A DNA stretch of 57,937 nucleotides, taken from positions 62,001 through 119,937 of the forward strand of contig NW_024704757.1 in NCBI RefSeq assembly GCF_018977255.1, written 5' to 3'. The translations under genes and the position numbers were made by a program. Below are positions 52,241 through 57,937 of this stretch, one piece after another (the first letter of the stretch is position 1; every line of letters starts with the position of its first letter). The notes beneath the pieces are model-generated. The model was not told the origin of the DNA. It ran no database searches and saw nothing but the letters and a program-made list of their open reading frames with translations. This stretch comes from Callorhinchus milii. Taxonomy: Eukaryota.

Positions 52241-53525
52241 GTAAGGGATAAAACAACTCTGTTGGTGGCCACATTGATATGTAAAGCGGTCAGTGTCCAC
52301 ATGGCAGTTCCTTTGAGTTAAACTGAATGGACACTTTGCTTCACTGTTGTGCTTTAGTTTACCAATTTTCATAGAATGTAGTAATAGTAATAGTTGTTAC
52401 GATCTGGAATGCGCTAATAATAATAATCCTTACACTTGCCTTATCACGTCGTCAAGACGTGTCAAATTTGGCGCTTCACAGAATATACTGTAAAGTGAAT
52501 TGACTATATTTTGTGGGCGAAATGGCGCCTTTCACTGCCTGAAAGGATGGTGGAAGCAGATTCAATAATAACTTTCAAAAGGCAACTGGATATTTACTTA
52601 TAAAGAAAAATATTGCAAGGCTATGGGGAAAAAGCGGGGAATTGATCAAATTGAATAGCTCTTTCAAAGAGTCATCACAGGCACGGTGGGCTGAATGGTC
52701 TCCTTCTGTGCTGTAAGACTACGCAGTGAACCAAATCTTAACCTCCTGCAAAAAGTAGCTATTTTAGGAGTTCAAACATACTAAGACAACCTAACATTCA
52801 TTCATTTGTTCGTTCGTTCGTTCATTCATATATGATGGCAGTGTTATTGGTCTGGCTGACCGTTACTGAAAGCAAACAACTTAGAAACTACCTCTCCAGA
52901 GTAATTTAAACTGTAATAACAATAATAATAATAATAATGATGATGATAATAAAGGCAGCAACCAATTTGCAAATGTCAAGGTCCCACACAAACAGCCACA
53001 AAATGAATGGCCAATTTTTATCTGATGGATTGTCCGACAGGACACACGACAAAGTGTTTTATAGGGAATTTCACTGGCGGTTGTTTCGGAGAACTTCGCT
53101 TTTTCAACTGTGCCTCGGGATCTTTAACCCATAACCTTCTAACCCAGAGTCGAGAGTGCTGACAGATTACAAACAGTCATTGTAACAATGGCATTTCCGA
53201 AAGGGCGTCAATTCACATCTGTAACTGTTGTTGCAGAAGAACTTCATAAACTGTCAAGGAAAACAAGAAATTTATTTACTGACGGTTAGTTAAAATTTAT
53301 TGTGGTCACAGTTCTCTGTTGAGTTCACCTGCAAAATACAGATAAATCCTATGAAACGCTTTGAGATATCTTCCTGACGTTGCTGTATCAAATGCATTGA
53401 TTATAATTATTGCATTAGGGTTAGTTGAGGAGTCTAAGGCAAAATGCAAAAAAAAACTTTACGAGTTTAAATTCTTATGGAAATGTTAAGCGTGTCGTTA
53501 ATTGTCATTTCTTCCTTCTCTGTAG

Positions 53526-53660
53526 TTCGTTCCTTTGAGGGATGGAACACCTGATATCCAGTCTTGCATGGTTCTGCCAACCAACTCCAACATTTTTGTC
53601 TGTCAGGCTCGTGTGTATGTCTCTCTGGAAATCGGAGGTTGGAGAAACGACAGCATTTGA
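53526..53660 (+). CDS. NPW: NPW-locus precursor, exon 2
   Basis: FVPLRDGTPDIQSCMVLPTNSNIFVCQARVYVSLEIGGWRNDSI*; phase-0 acceptor; AATAAA at 53894-53899. Confidence 0.85.
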   Translation, partial: FVPLRDGTPDIQSCMVLPTNSNIFVCQARVYVSLEIGGWRNDSI

Positions 53661-56600
53661 CAGCCTAAAACATGCTAATAGTGTTTTATAGGCAATTTCA
53701 CTGGAGGTTCTTCAGAGAAGTGGTGTTAGCCACACCTGCACTGAACAGAGGAGACACCGACTGATGCTTATTTTTGAGTTTAAATAACTGGATGAATGAT
53801 AGCAGCCATTTGTTTCTGTTCACTGACCACCCATATGTACAGCACATCCATTAAATGGTTAACACTTCAACCTTTGTACACTCAAAATATATCAATAAAA
53901 ACATTTGTCATTGTTAACAACCCTTGAGGCTCTCCCCTCTTATTTATTTAAGGCCGCAGCTTGCAGAGTAAGGAATTGCAACATCTTTTCTATGTGTTTG
54001 CTTTGATTTCGAACGATTTGTTGGGTTGCATGTCATCATAAGCACAATTGTTTGGAACGTAGCCAAAGTGAGATTACACATAAATGAATATTTTTGTTTT
54101 GATATCTTAAAGTCAAATTTGCAGAACAGCTCAAATAAACCATAACAAGCCTGCAGGGTGTAATATAAGCAAGTTGTTCCATCGACAGGCGCATGTGATA
54201 TCATAAAACTTGAGAATAAAGCTGAGTCTTCTATCAGTGTCACTTGTACGCCAATATGAAATTACAGTATTATTTCCAATTCCATTTGGAACTGCTGACT
54301 TCATTATGTAGAATGAATAATGTATGACATATATATAAATATATACTGTGCAGATCTGACACATTTTCATTATTCCCACTGTCGAGTTCTATCCCCACAT
54401 TAAAATTCTTCCAACAGCATCTATATCACTTTCTGGGGTTGATAATCCCTTTAAAAAAAATTGGTTACCAATCCACCAATCCACGACTGTTTGTGGGACA
54501 CTGCTGTGCGCAATTGGCTGCCATGTTTTGCCCATAAAATACACAGTCAATCCACTTTACAATATATTTTCTGAAGCATTTTGAGACATCTCAACGACGT
54601 AATAAGAAGCTATATCAAATGCAAGTATTATTATACTGTGTACCTAATACATTGACTGTTTCAGGATTCAGAGCCGAGATTGTAAAATGATTGATGAATT
54701 TCTCAACAAGACCTCCAAGAGTGCAACTTTAAAGCTTAATCTTGTCTTAAAATAAAAAGAATCAGCTTCTCCTAAAATCCTGTGATTGTATGTGTGGGAT
54801 TGATTGTTGCGTCAGATTTGGCTGCAAACTCAGTTCCTCATGTAAAACAATAGTGTGTGACTGTTTGGCAATATTTTAGCCGAATAATGGCCGGACTTTA
54901 TCTTAAGAAAAATAGCTTTGAGTGTCGCCAATAGACTATGTGGATGATACAGCTATCCACCCAGCTGTCAGCTTTACATCTGCTTTGGTTATACATCAGC
55001 AAGAAAAAGCATAAATCAGAACAGAGCCATTCAACCCATTGACTTCCATCCCCTCCATAATCCATGCAATTCCAAATCTATTTAGGTTTTCACTACACCC
55101 ACCTCTCGGGACGAAATTCCACATAGTTTTAGCCTGTTTAAATTGGCTTAAAATTTGAAAGAAAAAGAATTGGGTAAGTTTTCTTACTCCACCTGCCTCT
55201 GTTTACCAAGCAGTAAGTAGGGAACCTGATTGTTAGTCAATTAGTGGATTGCTTTTTCAGGGGTAATAACTTCTTCAGTGAAAAATAATAATTTGGTCAC
55301 TCAATCCAAGACTGTGGGACACTGCTGTTGCAATTGACTGACGTGTTTCACCCACAAAACATAGTCAATTTACAGAATATTCTGTGAAGCGCTTTGAGAC
55401 GTCTCAAAGATGTAATAAGGCGCTATATCAAATGCAAGGATTATCATTATTATGATGCCACATGCTGAAGTTCAGTCTTAATTTGGATACCAATTCAAGA
55501 CTGAAAAGAACAATTCACCAGAATTCTATACTATCTTAAAATGTAAGACTAAATGATCATGAGTATGAGCAGGTGGTGACCCAAATGGCTTCTGATCAAT
55601 TGAAATCCTGGGATTTCAGGGTTCCTATTGATTAGGAGATTGGGAACCATTTGCAGCCTTCACCTGCTCCCACTCATGATCTTTGCATAACATGTTTATA
55701 ATGGGACTTCTCTCTTGAAGACATGTTAAATCCCTTTTTCCTTCTACTGGATGGTCTTGTTCCACAGGCACTGGTCACCCTCTGGGAATCTAAGAAGTTA
55801 GATAGAATCCGAGGACCTTAAGCTCACAGTCTTGGCTGTGTTTTGGATGAGATGCTAAATCAAGGTCCTCTCTGCCTATTCAGGTGGAAGTTCAAAATAC
55901 TATTAGCACTATTGAAAATGACAAGGGAGTTTCTCCTAATGTCCTGGCCGATCAATATTAAGCTAAATTGATCTTAATGCCTGTTTATGGAGCCTTGCTG
56001 TATTCAAATTTGACTGCTGCATTTGCTTACATTTGAAAGCTTTGAGAAATGTAAATGTTATTGTTATGGTATATAATGTTATATTATTTATTGTGCTTTA
56101 TTAAATTGCAAAATTATTAACAATGATGCATTCAAGGGCTGGGAGGTTTATTGGATGTTCCAGCTCCCCCTGCAGCCAGCAGGGGACAGTCAATGAAACG
56201 ATTGCATCCAGTTCTTAACTTTTATTTTTTTTACCCAAAAAACTTTTTATTCTTCAATGTTTATACCCTTTGCATTGCAACTCATTGGAATACTGTGTAC
56301 GTGCAGAATTATAGAGCCAAAAAGGGAGGAGAATGAAGAGGAGTTGCAGAGGCAAACAAAGCATAATTCATAATTATTTGTCAAGCAAAACTTATTTTTA
56401 AATAATTTTGTTTGAGAGAGAAATATATGTGATAACAACAAGAACTCACATTTGTATAGCGCCTCCCACCCCCCGGCACTCAAACCTGGTGCTTCACAGC
56501 GCTAATGATAATACTCCTGTATTGGATACAGCGCCGTATTACATCGGTGAGACCTCACTGTGAAGCGAATTGACTGTATTTTGTGGGTGAAATGTGAGAG

Positions 56601-56916
56601 CGCAGCGGTTGTCGCACAGTTATGGATTGAGTGAACAAAGTGTTTGTGGAGGAATTGTACTGTATATACTGTAAATACTGTAAAGTGAATTTTCTGTATA
56701 TATTTTAAAATTTCATATAAAATAAAATGAAAACAGACCTTTTCGGGAATATAATGTGTACAAAAATACAGGAAGGCGATCGGGTGCGGGTCCCCCCCGG
56801 GGGGAGGGGGGGGGGGGGGGGGTCACACCGCGTCTCTGTGTGGCGGTGTTTCGCAATGAGAGGAAACTTTATACAGCGGAGCGGAGCTCAGGGGCAGAGC
56901 GGAGCTCAGCGGAGCT

Positions 56917-57526
56917 GAGGGTCGGGGCTCAGGGTCGGGGGTCGGGGTCGGGGCTCAGGGTCGGGGGTCGGGGTCGGGGCTCAGGGTCGGGGCTCAGGGT
57001 CGGGGTCGGGGCTCAGGGTCGGGGCTCAGGGTCGGGGCTCAGGGTCGGGTCGGGGCTCAGGGTCGGGGCTCAGGGTCGGGGCTCAGGGTCGGGGCTCAGG
57101 GTCGGGGTCGGGGCTCAGGGTCGGGGCTCAGGGTCGGGGCTCAGGGTCGGGGTCGGGGCTCAGGGTCGGGGCTCAGGGTCGGGGTCGGGGCTCAGGGTCG
57201 GGGTCGGGGCTCAGGGTCGGGGTCGGGGCTCAGGGTCGGGGTCGGGGCTCAGGGTCGGGGCTCAGGGTCGGGGCTCAGGGTCGGGGCTCAGGGTCGGGGC
57301 TCAGGGTCGGGGCTCAGGGTCGGGGCTCAGGGTCGGGGTCGGGGCTCAGGGTCGGGGCTCAGGGTCGGGGCTCAGGGTCGGGGTCGGGGCTCAGGGTCGG
57401 GGTCGGGGCTCAGGGTCGGGGTCGGGGCTCAGGGTCGGGGCTCAGGGTCGGGGCTCAGGGTCGGGGTCGGGGCTCAGGGTCGGGGTCGGGGCTCAGGGTC
57501 GGGGCTCAGGGTCGGGGTCGGGGCTG
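56917..57526 (+). repeat. G-rich minisatellite (GGGGCTCAGGGTC, with or without GGGGTC)n upstream of NHERF2
   Basis: Visible directly; about 600 bp long. Confidence 0.95.
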
Positions 57527-57711
57527 AAGTTTCCTGCAATTGGAGTTGAACATTCAGCCACTCGGCTGCGGACTGTGAGCGCGAGTGCCGGGGGGGGGCC
57601 CGGGGGGGGGGAGGGCCGGGGGGGAGGGCCGGGGGGGGCCGGGGGGGGGAGGGCCCGGGGGGGGGGGAGGGCCCGGGGGGGTGGGAGGGGGCACTGACCC
57701 ACAGGGGAGCG

Positions 57712-57921
57712 ATGGCGAAGGACCATGTGAAGCCGCGGTTGTGCCACATGATCAGAGGGGAGAGCGGGTACGGTTTCCACCTACACGGGGAGAAGGGCAA
57801 AAGCGGACAGTTTATCCGCAAAGTGGAGCCCGGATCCCCCGCCGAGACTGCGGGTCTGCGGCCCGGAGACAGGGTCATCGGGGTCAACGGGGACAACGTG
57901 GAGAAGGAGACGCACCATCAG
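57712..57921 (+). CDS. NHERF2: Na+/H+ exchange regulatory cofactor 2, exon 1 (start of PDZ1); gene continues past the window
   Basis: [70 protein letters not shown]|GT; RGE, GQFIR and ETHHQ favour NHERF2 over NHERF1. Confidence 0.9.
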
Positions 57922-57937
57922 GTACTGCGCTCTCACT

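Noticed and set aside
56756-57697. 313-aa Gly/Arg/Ser-rich ORF
   Set aside because: It is the translation of the minisatellite; the real gene starts at 57712 in another frame.

Overview
Vertebrate genomic DNA, most likely a cartilaginous fish (shark), judged from SacSINE1/DeuSINE-like SINEs, CR1 and L2 LINEs and Penelope-like relics. Five protein-coding genes can be reconstructed exon by exon with GT-AG sites: COX19 (+, 3 exons, 94 aa), a CYP2-family P450 of CYP2W1/CYP2K type (+, 9 exons, 498 aa), TEKT4 (-, 6 exons, 447 aa), a neuropeptide B/W precursor at the NPW position (+, 2 exons, 193 aa) and exon 1 of NHERF2/SLC9A3R2 (+). Most long ORFs in the supplied track are L2/CR1 fragments or minisatellite translations. 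The top candidate discovery is a decayed second NPB/NPW-family gene on the minus strand inside TEKT4 intron 2 (about 36081-36422), next to a three-copy inverted-repeat element. Also notable: the intact NPW-locus gene has mixed NPB/NPW features and lacks the internal dibasic site; the COX19 exon-1 splice donor is tandemly amplified 16 times opposite a complementary promoter array; the SINEs are modular chimeras (several heads, CORE-like or Deu body, shared L2 tail); and an L2 subfamily spread while carrying shared frameshifts. All family assignments are by eye and from recall; no searches were run.
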